From: an uncultured Nitrososphaerota archaeon
GTDB lineage: Archaea > Thermoproteota > Nitrososphaeria > Conexivisphaerales > DTJL01
Length of the DNA stretch: 64,000 bases
Assembly: GCA_963842885.1 (NCBI GenBank)
Contig: CAWJIE010000003.1
Span: 96,001-160,000, forward strand
Direction: 5' to 3'
Shown here: positions 39,991 to 51,558 of the stretch, piece by piece
Layout of the letters: each line of letters opens with the position of its first letter
Numbering within the stretch: position 1 is the stretch's first letter
Translations under genes and position numbers: made by a program
Notes under the pieces: model-generated
The model's database searches: none
The model's input: only the letters and a program-made list of their open reading frames with translations
Told to the model about the DNA's origin: nothing

Positions 39991-42083
39991 TTGCCCAAGT
40001 CGTTCGAAGAGCTCAGGACGTCGATCGCGGGGATTCCGCTCAAGAACCCCTTCCTCCTGGGGAGCGCTCCCCCAACTTGGGACGACGAACACATCATTCG
40101 GGCCGCCAAGCTTGGCTGGGCCGGCGCCGTCCACAAGACCATCGCCATCAAGGAGACGGAGGACCCCAGCCCGCGCATGTTCGCGCGGAAGTTCCTGGAG
40201 GACGTCGTTTCGGTTCAGAACATCGAACTCATAACGACCTATCCCAAGGAGCAGTGGGCCAAGTGGAACAAGCACATCAAGGCCGAGGCCCCGTCTGACT
40301 TCGTCCTCATCTCCTCTCTGATGGGCACCGGCGACCCCAACACCTGGACCGAGCCGCTGCAGGTGGCCCAGGAGAGCGGCGTCGACATGGTGGAGCTGAA
40401 CATGTCGTGCCCCCATGGCAGCCCCGAGCATGACATGGGTGCCGCCATCGGCCAGCACGCCGGACCTGGTGGAGCCCCTCGTCCGCCACATCAAGACGAT
40501 TCGCCAAGGTCCCCGTCATCGTCAAGCTGACACCCAACGTGACCTCCATCGTGCCGGTGGCCAGGGCCGCCCTCGCCGGCGGAGCCGACGCCCTGACCTT
40601 GACCAACACGCACGGCCCCGTCATGTCGGCCGTCGACGTCGAGAGCATGGTCCCCGCCCCCAATGTCCTGGGGAAGGGCGCCTTCGGCGGGATGTCGGGG
40701 CCCGCAGTCAAGCCCAACACGCTGAGGATCGTGGCCGAGGTCGCCAAGGCCCTCCCCGAGGCTGAGATATTCGCCATAGGCGGAGTGGAAGGGTGGCGCG
40801 ACGCCATGGAGTACATGGAACTGGGCGCCAGGGCCATCCAGATCGTGACGGGCGCCATGTTGCACGGCTACGATCTGATCGACGACCTCACGGTCGGGAC
40901 CCGCCAGTTCCTCCTTGAAGGAGGCTACGGCAGCGTCCTGGACGTCGTGGGGAAGGCCCTCCCCAACCTGGTGGCCCACTCCGACCTCTCATTCCAGGAT
41001 TGGATGAGGACATGGGTCAACCCGGCCGAATGCATCCCCTGCACGCGCTGCGTCACGACCTGTTCCGTCGTGGGCAGGAGCGCGATGACCATAGACCCAG
41101 TCCAGCTGGTCGCCCGATCCGACCCAGACGACTGCAAGGGATGCGGCCTCTGCGTCGGCGTCTGCCCGACCGGCGCCATCAAGATGCTCCCGGAGAAGGA
41201 GGCCAGGGAGCGATATCAGACGGTCAAGGCCATCTACCCGAAGGCCAGCTACTACTACCCGGAAACCATAGACGAGACCATCGCCGCCCTCCGACGCCAC
41301 GGGGCCGTCCTGAAGGCGGGCGGAACCGACCTCCTGATAAGGATGAAGCAGGGCATGATCTCGCCCACCTACGTCGTGGACCTGAAGAGCGTCAAGGGCC
41401 TCTCCTACATCAAGTCGAAGGACAAGAGCGTAGCTATAGGCACATCCACGACCATGAAGGAGCTCGCGGAGTCGAGGGTGCTCAAGGAGAAGCTTTCCGC
41501 CCTCCCCGAGACCGCCCTCAAGATGTCGGTGCAGGAGCTCCGGGAGGTCTCGACCCTCGGAGGGAACCTGTGCAACGCGTCCCCCGCTGCCGACACCGCC
41601 CCCGTCCTCCTCGCCCTCGAGGCGACCGTGAAGGCGATCGGGCCCAAGGGGAGCAGATCCATTCCGCTGGACTCCTTCTTCGTAGGACCAGGGAGGACCT
41701 CTCTCGAAGACAGCGAGCTGATTACGGAAGTCGAGGTACCTCTCCCTCCGGAGGGCACCGGCTTCGCTTTCGTGAAGGCCGGCAGGACCTACACCGACAT
41801 CGCCCAGGTCAACGTCGCGGCGTTGGTGCGAACGAAGGGAGGTGTCGTGGACTATTGCCGGATCGCGCTGGGTTCGGTCGCGCCCACTCCCATTAGGGCC
41901 AGGGGGGCCGAAGCCCTGCTGCTCGGCAAGAAGCTGGACGCCGCATCCGTCAGGGAGACAGCCAAGGCGGTCGTGAACGAAATCAACCCCATCAGCGACT
42001 CAAGAGGCACGGCCAAACAACGCCGCGACACGGCAGAGCTCCTGACAAGAAGGGCTCTGCTCCAGGCAGGCGGGCTGCTCTAG
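39991..42083 (+). CDS. preA: dihydropyrimidine dehydrogenase PreA-like (FMN + 2x[4Fe-4S]) fused to a CoxM/XdhB-type FAD domain; frameshifts near 40458 and 40500
   Basis: NPFLLGSAPPT, NMSCPHG, KLTPN, GGMSGPAVKP, CIPCTRCVTTC and CKGCGLCVGVCP, then KAGGTDL, TLGGNLCNASPAAD and PISDSRG. Confidence 0.85.
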
Positions 42084-42215
42084 GCTCGCCCCTCCTTTTC
42101 TCTCACATGTAACCTAGCGGGAGCTTGGCACCCAGGCCCCGCCGGCCCTTCCTCCATGTGCAATAAGGTTAAAGCCGAGGGGGGTGTCCGCGTTGGCCAT
42201 CGGAGCCCAAGCCAG

Positions 42216-42618
42216 ATGCAGCCAATCGACGCTGATGCCAGCGAAACGACTCCTTCGGTCGCAAGCACTCTTTCCCCCGGAGATGTCCCCTCCACTGATG
42301 CCTCCCCGTTGGAGCTTTCTGACGACACCTTCGACAGCGCCGTGATCAACAATGGCCTGATGATGATCGATTTCTGGGCACCCTGGTGCAGCCCATGCCG
42401 CGCCATCGCCCCCGTCTTGGAAGAGGTAGTCAAGGAACGGGCGGGGAAGCTCGTCCTGGCCAAGCTCAACGTCCGACGAGAACCCTGCGACTCCCTCCCA
42501 CTTAGGCGTCCAGGGGATACCGACCGTCTTCATAACCAGGAGGGGCGAGATCCTCGACCACATCGTGGGGGCTGTGCCGAAGGTCGAAACCGTCCGGCGG
42601 ATTCAACCCTTCCTTTGA
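42216..42618 (+). CDS. trxA: thioredoxin, frameshift near 42473
   Basis: IDFWAPWCSPC and KLNVDE; GVQGIPT and IVGAVP lie in a shifted frame. Confidence 0.85.
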
Positions 42619-42623
42619 GCCCG

Positions 42624-42995
42624 TCACCTGACCCTCTCCGCGTGGTCGTCAAGGACCCCCCTGGCGAGGGCCTGCTGGACATCGTCAACGTAGAACAGGT
42701 CAGTAAGCACAATCCTCTTCCCTGACGCGACCATGGAGGTGTGGACGCCGCGGCTAGCCCACCCCGCCACGACCGCCTGGCAGTCTGGGACACACTCCAA
42801 GATCTCCTTGGCGAAGCTATCTTTATGCACCTTGTTTGCTCTTCGGTCAGCCTGGAGCACCAGACGAGGTTTGAGGCGCAGTTCGCGGCCCGAAGGCTTG
42901 GACCTCTCGATCGTAAGCACCACGAAGAACTTGGCTCTCTCAAGGTCCTGACTGATTCTCTTACCGTCATCCGTCGCGACAGCGACCTTGGCCAA
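42624..42995 (-). CDS. NifB/NifX family (FeMo-co binding domain) protein
   Basis: KVAVATDDGKRISQ..RAKFF and DCQAVVAG motifs. Confidence 0.8.
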   Translation of the reverse strand: MAKVAVATDDGKRISQDLERAKFFVVLTIERSKPSGRELRLKPRLVLQADRRANKVHKDSFAKEILECVPDCQAVVAGWASRGVHTSMVASGKRIVLTDLFYVDDVQQALARGVLDDHAERVR

Positions 42996-43241
42996 GGAAT
43001 CCCCGGGTCGCTCTCCACATCGCGGTGGCTCTTTTGCCTTTTCCGAAGTCAGAGTCCGTGATTCGGATTGGCGTCAATGGACGAGGCGGGAGCTGTTCAC
43101 GGAACCGAAGGTCTCCCGCAGGAAGCGGAGGATGGCGTCATCTGCCGGCAGTTCACAAGGGATGCCATCGGCTGCCAGGCGTGCCTTCCAAGGATGGCGG
43201 CTCAAGCTTATATTCAGCCTCGAGCCCTCGAATCGGCATCG

Positions 43242-43937
43242 ATGACCAAGAAGCTGTTCTGGGACGACGCCTATCAAAGGGATTTCACGGCGACCGTTCT
43301 GAAGGTTGAAGGCAACTCCGTCGTGCTGGACCAGACCTGTTTCAATCCTAGAGGCGGAGGCCTGGTGTCGGATCTTGGGACCGTCGAAGGGTTCCCTCTG
43401 TCCGAGGTCTCCAAGTCTGGGGACGAAATCGTCCACGTCTTCCCTTCTCCACCCGCATTGAGGGCCGGACAGGCTGTGAAAGGCGTCTTGGACTGGGACA
43501 GGAGGTACAGAATAATGAAGATGCACACCGCTACGCACATCCTCAGCAACGTCGTGAACAGGGAAACAGGGGCCCTCATCACTGGAAACTCGGTGGCGCC
43601 TGACGAATCGCGGGTCGATTTCAGCCTGGAGGACTTCGACAAAGGGAAGATGGAGTCCTACCTAGAAAGGGTGAACGAGGTCGTCCGCCAGGACCTCCCC
43701 GTGCGCACCTACTTCCTGAAACGGGAGGAGGCGCTTTCCGTGCCCGGCATGGTCAAGCTGGCCCAGGCTGCTCCTCCCGAGACGGCCGAGCTCCGAATCG
43801 TCGAGATTGGGGATTTCGACCGCCAGGCCGACGGTGGCGTCCACGTCTCCAGGACATCCGAAATCGGGAACGTCCGCTTTCTCAGGGCCGACAACAAGGG
43901 CAGGGCCAACAGGCGGGTCTATTTCACGCTCGATTAA
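43242..43937 (+). CDS. alaXM: alanyl-tRNA editing protein AlaX-M
   Basis: LFWDDAY, LDQTCFNPRGGG, HTATH and ADGGVHV motifs. Confidence 0.92.
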   Translation: MTKKLFWDDAYQRDFTATVLKVEGNSVVLDQTCFNPRGGGLVSDLGTVEGFPLSEVSKSGDEIVHVFPSPPALRAGQAVKGVLDWDRRYRIMKMHTATHILSNVVNRETGALITGNSVAPDESRVDFSLEDFDKGKMESYLERVNEVVRQDLPVRTYFLKREEALSVPGMVKLAQAAPPETAELRIVEIGDFDRQADGGVHVSRTSEIGNVRFLRADNKGRANRRVYFTLD

Positions 43938-44072
43938 GTCCTCCTACATTCCATGGTTCGCTCATATTCTTTGATTTCTTACATCCGAGGCGCGCATTCC
44001 TTACAAATCTTGCATGAAAACGGCAACGGCCCCCGCCATGCTTAAATATCACGCACGGGTGGGCAAGGAAGA

Positions 44073-45745
44073 ATGAAACGACTGCTTTCGTTAGAGAAGC
44101 GCAGAGCAATATCACGGATGGTAATCGTGGCCGCGGTGATAGTAATCCTAGTCATCGGAGGCGGGGCAGCGTACTACCTCGTCCTCAACAAACCTAGTAG
44201 TACGACCACCAACAAGACCACCATCACGGTGGGTACCACTGACACGGTCCAGACGACACTGGACCCCGCTGACGCCTACGACTACTTCGGGATCAACATC
44301 ATCGAGAACGTCGGAGACGGCCTGGTAGACTACGTCCCAGGGACAACCAACATCGTTCCGGCTCTTGCGACGAGCTGGACGACGAGCGCGGACGGTTTGA
44401 CCTGGACGTTCAACCTGAGGCAGGGCGTGAAGTTCCCCGACGGGACACCCTTCAACGCCTCTGTTGTGCAGTACTCCATGGATAGGCAGTTCACCATTGC
44501 GGAGCCGGAAGGCCCGTTCGAAGGAGTTGGATACGACGGCAACACCGGTGGGTTCATCAACAAGACGGTTGTGACCGGACCCTATCAGATACAATTCGTC
44601 CTGAACCAGCCCTTCTCGGCCTTCCTCGCGACGGTCGCCTTCATTCCACTCTACCCAGTCAACCCCAACATCGCCCCGATGCACGCCATAGTCAACTACA
44701 CCGCTGGAAACGCGGCCGCATCCAACCCCACCGGCCTAGGCCCATACCTGCTTTCGAATTGGGTAAGGTCTGCTGGCAAGGACGTTGAGATCGACCTGAC
44801 GGCCAACCCCAACTACTGGAACGCGTCCGCTGGCTGGCCGGCGACGAAGAACATCGTGATCAAGTTCTACTCGGACTCGACCTCGCTCCTACTGGCCCTC
44901 CAGACCGGCGACATCGACGTCGCCTACAGGCAGCTGGACGCCTCTACCATCAACTCGCTGAGCACTAACAGCAACTACAAGGTGTGGACGGGTCCCGGAA
45001 CCTTCATCCAGTACCTGGTCTTCAACACCGGGGCCGCACCGTTCAACAACGTGCTGGTTAGAGAGGCGCTCGCCGCCGCAATCAACAGGACATCCATCAC
45101 CCAGGGCGTCTTCCAGGGACAGGCTCAGCCGCTGTACGGCATGATTCCGGCTGGCATGTTCTCCCACACTGACGCCTTCCTGACCCAGTACGGCGAAGCC
45201 AACGTGACCGAGGCCCAGCAGCTGCTCCAGCAGGCAGGGTACAGCACGACCAACAAGCTCACCTTCACCCTGACCTACCCGACGGGCCATTACAGCGCGA
45301 CGGACGCCATCTCGGCGGCTCTGAAGCAAGCCTTCGAAGCCACGGGGATGGTCAGCGTCAACCTCGCATCACAGCCATGGGCCAACTACAAGGCCAGCAC
45401 GGCTTCGAACGCACTGCAAGCCTACATCTACGGATGGTACCCTGACTATGTCGACCCGTACGACTACACCTTTCCGTTCCTGCCTGCCGACGGCGTAGGC
45501 TTCCTGCACACGCAGTTCGTCGACTCGACCGATCAACAGCCTGCTCGCCCAGGTGGTAGGGACGACGTCCTCGTCAACACAACAGTCGCTCTACACTCAG
45601 CTTCAGACCAGCGCTCGCTCAGACCGTGCCGATGGCACCCCTCTTCCAGGGGACCGGCGTCGCAATCAGCACGCCCAAGGTCGGCGGCGTAGTGTTGGAC
45701 ACGACAACCATCTTCAGGTACTACCTGCTCTACGCGTCCCCATAA
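44073..45745 (+). CDS. peptide/nickel ABC transporter substrate-binding protein, frameshifts near 45530 and 45610
   Basis: LDPA, PALATSW, FNLRQGVKFPDGTPFNA and WYPDYVDP; RRAIS N-terminus. Confidence 0.9.
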
Positions 45746-45788
45746 CACAACGCTTAATTCACAGTAAAGGAAGGTTTTTTCTGTATAC

Positions 45789-46821
45789 ATGACCCTACGC
45801 ACGTACATACTGACGAGGATAGCTCTCACCCTGCCCATGTTGCTGTTCCTCCTTAGCCTTGTCTTCGTGGTAATGAGGATCCTGCCAGGTAACCCCGTGC
45901 TTCTCAGGTTCGAGAAGAACGCCAACCCTGCCTTGATAGCAGAGTACACGCACCGCCTCGGGCTGGACCTCCCCTGGTGGCAGCAGTACCTGAACTACCT
46001 CGACTGGGCTGCTCCATGGCAACCTGGGTCTGTCCATGGTTACGTTCGACCCCGTAGCGAATCAGATCCTCTCACGGTTCCCGGCCACCCTCGAGCTCAC
46101 CCTCGGCGCCTTCATAGTGGCCGCTGTGGTAGGCCTCGTCTTCGGGTCCACGGCCGCACGACGCCCAGGAGGCAAGACCGACGGCACCGTGAAGGTGTAC
46201 GGTATCCTGATCTACGCTTTCCCCATCTTCTTCCTCGGGATGATCCTGCAGCTGGTCTTCGGAGTATGGCTCCACTGGCTGCCGATAGAGGGGAGGATGC
46301 CGCAGGGGGTCATCCCGGCCGGGCTGAACTGGGGATCGATTCACATCCAGACCGGGCTCTACACGGTGGACAGCCTGCTGGCTGGCAACATCAGGGAGTT
46401 CTTCGAGGCGCTCGAATACCTCCTCCTTCCCTGCCTCACCCTCGGCCTCGTCATCTCCGGGGTGTTCGTCAGGATGACCCGCAGCAACATGCTCGAGACG
46501 ATGAAGATGGAGTTCGTCACTGCCGCTCGCGCCAGGGGGCTTAAGGAGGACACCGTGGTCTACGGATACGCCCTTAGGAACGCCCTCCTGCCCATCGTCA
46601 CCATCATGGGGCTCCAGTTCGCCCTGCTCCTGGGCGGCGCCATCCTCACTGAGACGGAGTTCAACATCCTGGGCGTCGGATCCTACCTCGTCGACCGCAT
46701 AACCTTCAGGGACTACACGGCCGTGCAGGGGACGGTGGTGTTCTTGGCGATCCTGATATCAATGGTCAGCCTGCTGGTGGACGTCATCTACGCCTACCTG
46801 GACCCGAGGATAAGGCTGTGA
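45789..46821 (+). CDS. DppB/OppB-like permease, frameshift near 46000
   Basis: LGLDLP..QQY, RFPATLEL, ARARGL EAA loop and RNALLP. Confidence 0.9.
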
Positions 46822-47707
46822 TCGAAGTGGCCAAGGATCAAGAGGAAGTGGAGACCTTCGGGTTCATGCCCCGGGCGATGCACGCCGTCGCTTCGGCCTT
46901 CGGCCCGGGCTCGGGGAGGTGGTTCATCGTGGCAGGGAGCTTCATAATCGGCTTCATCGTCGTGATGAGCCTCCTGGCCCCTTTCATCTCCCCCCACGAC
47001 CCCACCCTCCTGTTCGTCGGCCCCGACAACTCGCCCCCAGCGCCAAGTTTCCGCTGGGCACCGACCAGTACGGCAGGGACATGCTCAGCCGGATCATCTG
47101 GGGCGGTCGTTTCATGCTCACCGTCGCGGTCATAGCGGTCTTGCTCTGCCTGGCCATCGGCGTCCCCATCGGCCTGGCCTCGGCCTATCGCGGAGGCTCG
47201 GTCGACAAGGTGGTGTCCCTCCTGATGGACAGCATGTACGCGTTCCCCAGCCTCGTGCTGGCCATAGTCATCATCGGCGTCTTTGGCGTCAACGTCGTCA
47301 ACGAGGCCATAGCGATAGCAGTCGTCTACGTCCCTTCCTACTACCGGGTCATACGGAGCCAGGTCCTCACGATCAAGGAGCTCCCCTACGTCGAAGGCGC
47401 CAGGTCGATCGGCAGCAAGTCCCGACACATCCTGGGTAGCTACATACTCCCCAACATCCTCCCCTCTGTCGTCGTGGTGGCCACGATCAACTTCGCCGAT
47501 TCGATCCTTACGACGGCCGGCCTGGATTTCATCGGGCTGGGACGCCTCGACCTCCCCGATTGGGGCGTTGACCTCTTCTACGGAAGGGCGGCCCTGCCCA
47601 TCGGCGCGTGGTGGATCATCTTCTTCTCGGGCATGATGATCGTCCTTTCGGCGCTTGGCTTCGGGCTCATCAGCGAAGGCCTCGCCGAAAGGAGGGGGAG
47701 GGAGTGA
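46818..47707 (+). CDS. DppC/OppC-like permease, frameshift near 47038
   Basis: LGTDQYGRD, YVEGARSIG and PDWG motifs. Confidence 0.9.
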
Positions 47708-47713
47708 CGCCGG

Positions 47714-48673
47714 ATGGCTGAACTCCTCGAAGTCGAAGACCTGACCGTCGAATACCGGACGCGGAGGGCAACCATCAGGGCCGTGAACGCCGTCTCCTTC
47801 ACCCTGTCCAAGGGGTCCACCTTGGGCGTCGTCGGGGAGTCGGGGAGCGGGAAGTCCACGCTGGGTCACGCCCTTACAAGGCTGGTGGACCCGCCTGGCG
47901 TAGTGGCCGGCGGCCACATCTACTTCGATGGCACGGACCTGCTTTCGCTTGATGCCGAAGAGATGAGGAAGATCAGGGGGAAGAGGATCGCCATGGTCTT
48001 CCAGGACCCCATGTCCTCCCTGAGCCCCGTCAAGAAGGTGGGGGAGCACTTCGTGGAGTACATCCGGCAGCACGACCCGGCCGTGTCGGCGGGCGAAGCC
48101 CTCGACACCGCGAGGAGGATCTTCGAGGACCTCGGCATGGAGAAGTCCAGGGTGGACGACTACCCTCACCAGTTCAGCGGCGGCATGAGGCAGCGGGTGA
48201 TGATAGGCCTGGCCATCGCCCTCGAGCCGGAGCTCATCATAGCCGACGAGCCCACCACGGCCCTCGACGTGGTCGTCGAAGCCCAGATACTCGAGCTGCT
48301 CAGGGAGCTCAAGAAGAAGTACTCGGTCTCGATGATGCTCATCACGCACAACATGGGGGTGGTGGCGGAGACGGCGGACAGGATAGCCGTGATGTACGCA
48401 GGGAAGATCATGGAGCTGTCCACCGCCGACAGGCTGTACTCCCACCCCATGAATCCGTACACGGAGGCCCTACTGGGCTCCATCCCCAACATACTCGTCA
48501 ACGACCAGGTCCTGAAGTCGATACCTGGGAGTCCTCCTGACATGGCTGCCCTCCCTCCGGGGTGCCCGTTCAGCCCGAGGTGCCCGTTCGTCTTCGACAG
48601 GTGCAGGGTCGAGGACCCGCTTCTCAAGAAGGTGGAAGGGGACACGTATACGGCCTGCCACTTGCATGGGTGA
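47714..48673 (+). CDS. oligopeptide ABC ATP-binding protein OppD/DppD
   Basis: GESGSGKS, YPHQFSGGMRQR, DEPTTALD and CPFSPRC motifs. Confidence 0.93.
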   Translation: MAELLEVEDLTVEYRTRRATIRAVNAVSFTLSKGSTLGVVGESGSGKSTLGHALTRLVDPPGVVAGGHIYFDGTDLLSLDAEEMRKIRGKRIAMVFQDPMSSLSPVKKVGEHFVEYIRQHDPAVSAGEALDTARRIFEDLGMEKSRVDDYPHQFSGGMRQRVMIGLAIALEPELIIADEPTTALDVVVEAQILELLRELKKKYSVSMMLITHNMGVVAETADRIAVMYAGKIMELSTADRLYSHPMNPYTEALLGSIPNILVNDQVLKSIPGSPPDMAALPPGCPFSPRCPFVFDRCRVEDPLLKKVEGDTYTACHLHG

Positions 48674-49679
48674 ATGACAATGTCCTTCCTAGAAGTCAGC
48701 GACCTCAAGAAGTACTTCCCCGTCCAGCACGGGCTCCTGGAGCAGCTCACGACCAGGCATCCGAGCTTCGTCAGGGCCGTGGACGGCGTCAGCTTCTCTC
48801 TGGCCAAGGGAGACATCTTCGGGCTGGTGGGCGAGAGCGGCAGCGGCAAGACCACGACCGGCCGCCTGACCATCGGCCTGATAAAACCTACGTCGGGGAA
48901 GGTCGTCTTGGAAGGAATCGAGATTCAGAGCCTCGACGGCAAGGCCTTGCGCAAGATGCGGACTAGGATGCAGATTATCTTCCAGGACCCCACCGCTTCG
49001 CTGAGCCCCAGGATGAAGGTGGGCGATGCCGTGGCCGACGCGCTCAAGCAGTTGGAGGACGCGGACGACTCAGGAGGCGAAGAGGCGCGTCCTCGAGATG
49101 TTCGAGTATGTGGGCCTCTCCCCGGCTCGTGAGATCTATTCGCGGTACCCGAGCAACCTGAGCGGCGGCCAGAAGCAGCGCGTCATCATAGCCAGGGCCC
49201 TCGTGACCCGTCCTGAATACGTGGTGGCCGACGAGCCCGTCGCCATGGTGGACGTCTCAGTTAGGGCCCAGATCCTTGACGTCATGCGCGGGATGCACGA
49301 GAAGCTGGGCCTCACCTACCTCTTCATCACGCACGACCTGGCCGTGGCCAAGTACCTCTGCAACAGGGTGGGCATAATGTACCTCGGGAAGATCGTGGAG
49401 CAGGGCGACACCAGGGAGATCTTCAATCTCCCTCTCCATCCATATACCCAGGCACTCCTCGCCGCCGTCCCCGTCCCTGACCCGTCCTCCAAGAGGGACA
49501 AGAAGATTCCACGCGGAGAGATACCGGACGCCATCAACCCTCCGCCCGGCTGTCGTTTCAATCCGCGCTGCCCCTATGCCACCGAGATATGCAGGAAGGA
49601 GGAGCCCCCGCTGAGAGAGGTGGGTCCTTCGCACACCGGTCACCTCGTGGCCTGCCACTGGGCGGAGAAGTTCCTGTAG
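48674..49679 (+). CDS. oligopeptide ABC ATP-binding protein OppF/DppF, frameshift near 49050
   Basis: GESGSGKT, LSGGQKQR, GCRFNPRC and VACH motifs. Confidence 0.92.
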
Positions 49680-49747
49680 GGGCGTCGCACCAGGCGCATC
49701 TGCGCAAAGGCTTATGAGGCGTAACCACAATCAGCGGGAGACAAGCC

Positions 49748-50500
49748 ATGTCTCTGGACGACGGACGCGCGTGCGCAGGATAGCGCTGGACTTCGAGGCG
49801 CGCTATCCCACCGCCGGCGCCCGCGGGGCTCTCGCATACGAACAGAGGACGGTCATGGAGGCCCTGGGGCCCCTGCGCCCGGGGGTCCTCTTGGACGTGG
49901 GCACGGGCACAGGGAGGCTCATCAACTTCCCTCCGCCTCCCGAGGTCGTCGGGATGGACTTCTCCGAGGACGATCTGGAATGGGCCGTGGAGCGCTACTC
50001 TGGAGACCGGTCCAAGCACTTTGTGCTGGGCATCGGCGTCCAGCCTCCCGTTCAGGGACGACGCATTCGACGAAGTGCTCAGCATCAGGGTGATCAAGTT
50101 CCTGGAGGATCCCGAAGCGGCCGTTTCGGAGATGGCGGACGTTCTGAAGCCCGGCGGCAGGCTGGTCGTGGACATCAGCAACAAGTTCTCCCCTTCTGCG
50201 TTCATTCGGCGGCTGGGGTCGTGGATGAGGATACGTTCGCCCTCGAGGGCCTACTTCACGCACGGTGACGGTCTCAAGATGATGGCCTCCGTGGGCCTCA
50301 CACCTTTCACGTCGAGGCCCCTCTTCAAGGTGGACCCCTCCCTGTGGACGGCCCTGCGGCACGAGAGGTTAGTGAGGCTGGCGGAATCGCTGGAGCGTCT
50401 CCTCGACAGGAGGACGGGAGTATGGTTCCTGTCGCGATACGTAGTCATAGCCTGCGAGAAACCCTTCTCGAACTTGCCAGGTCCTCCGAGAGGGAAGTCT
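49748..50500 (+). CDS. class I SAM-dependent methyltransferase, frameshifted, boundaries approximate
   Basis: LLDVGTGTGR and GMDFS in one ORF; LPFRDDAFD and VLKPGG in the next. Confidence 0.75.
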
Positions 50501-50537
50501 TATACCTCAGGGGCCCTTGTTTCCCTCTTGATCGCGT

Positions 50538-50932
50538 TTGCCAGTCAAGATCCCAGCGGCAGGCAAGAGGTTGTTGGACGGGAAGAACTTCGCCAGCTTC
50601 GCCACTCTCATGAAGGACGGCTCCCCCCAGGTGAGCCCCGTCTGGATATCGAGAGACGGCGACGTCGTGCTGGTGAACACTAGCGTGGGCAGGGTCAAGG
50701 AGAGGAACGTGCTCCGCGACCCGAGGGTGGCCATCTGCGTCTTCGACATGGAGAACCCCTACAGGAAGATGTTGCTCCGGGGACGGGTGGTGGAGATTGT
50801 CAGCGAGAGGAGCAAGGGAGCACATCGACGCCCTTTCGATGAAGTACACGGGGACACAAGTACGCAGGGATGAAACCAAATGAGAAGCGCGTCATCTTCA
50901 GGATAGCGCCCGCGTCGGTGAGCGTGAGCTAG
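50538..50932 (+). CDS. PPOX class F420-dependent oxidoreductase, frameshifted
   Basis: ATLMKDGSPQVSPVW and RNVLRDPRVAI; EKRVIFRIAP at the C-terminus. Confidence 0.85.
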
Positions 50933-50987
50933 CGGACGCCGAGGTTCAACAACCGAAATAAGCGCCCCGCTCTCTACCCCTGACGCG

Positions 50988-51498
50988 TTGCCGGAAGAGA
51001 TCAGGTTCAGCCCGATAGGCGTGGCCCACACCTCCGCTTCAGACGAAGAAGTGCGAGACAAGGGGAAGGAGCTGGACTTCACCATCGACATCTTTCCCGA
51101 ATTCAAGGAGGCCCTTGAGGGCATCGACGGCTTCTCGCATCTGATCGTCATGTTCCACTTCAACAAGCTTCGCCCCGAGCAGAAGGGGGTCCTGAAGGTC
51201 AAGCCCAAGAAGTTCCTCCGAAGGGGGCTGACGCTCGAGCAGCTCCCCTGGCTGGGGGTCTTCGCTCTCGACTCCCCGTCCAGGCCCAACCCCATCGGAT
51301 TCTCCGTCGTCAGAGTTCCTCAGGCATGATGGCCTTCGGCTCGACGTGAGGGGGCTGGAGGCCTTCGACGGCACCCCCGTCCTCGACATCAAGCCCTACA
51401 CGCCGGAGAGGGTCATTGCCGGCATAAGGGTCCCTCGGTGGTACAGAGACTTGGACGTGCTGGCAGAAGATGAGAAGCTGAGGCGCGCGCACAGCTAG
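50988..51498 (+). CDS. trmO: tRNA m6t6A37 methyltransferase TrmO (TsaA), frameshift near 51325
   Basis: GFSHL and GVFALDSPSRPNPIG; LEAFDGTPVLDIKPY downstream. Confidence 0.9.
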
Positions 51499-51558
51499 CC
51501 TCGTGCCTAATCAACGCATTAATACCTGAAGTACGCAATAATGGACTGAAGCTATAAG

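Noticed and set aside
42624-42995. Nitrogen fixation inferred from the NifB/NifX-like gene; methanogenesis inferred from FmdE at 25414
   Set aside because: Both families are widespread as stand-alone proteins, and no nif or fmd operon is present.
46838-48445. Long antisense/alternative-frame ORFs (e.g. 46838..48445, 38243..39649, 30781..31797, 62414..63859)
   Set aside because: They are shadow ORFs caused by high GC3 codon bias opposite well-supported genes.
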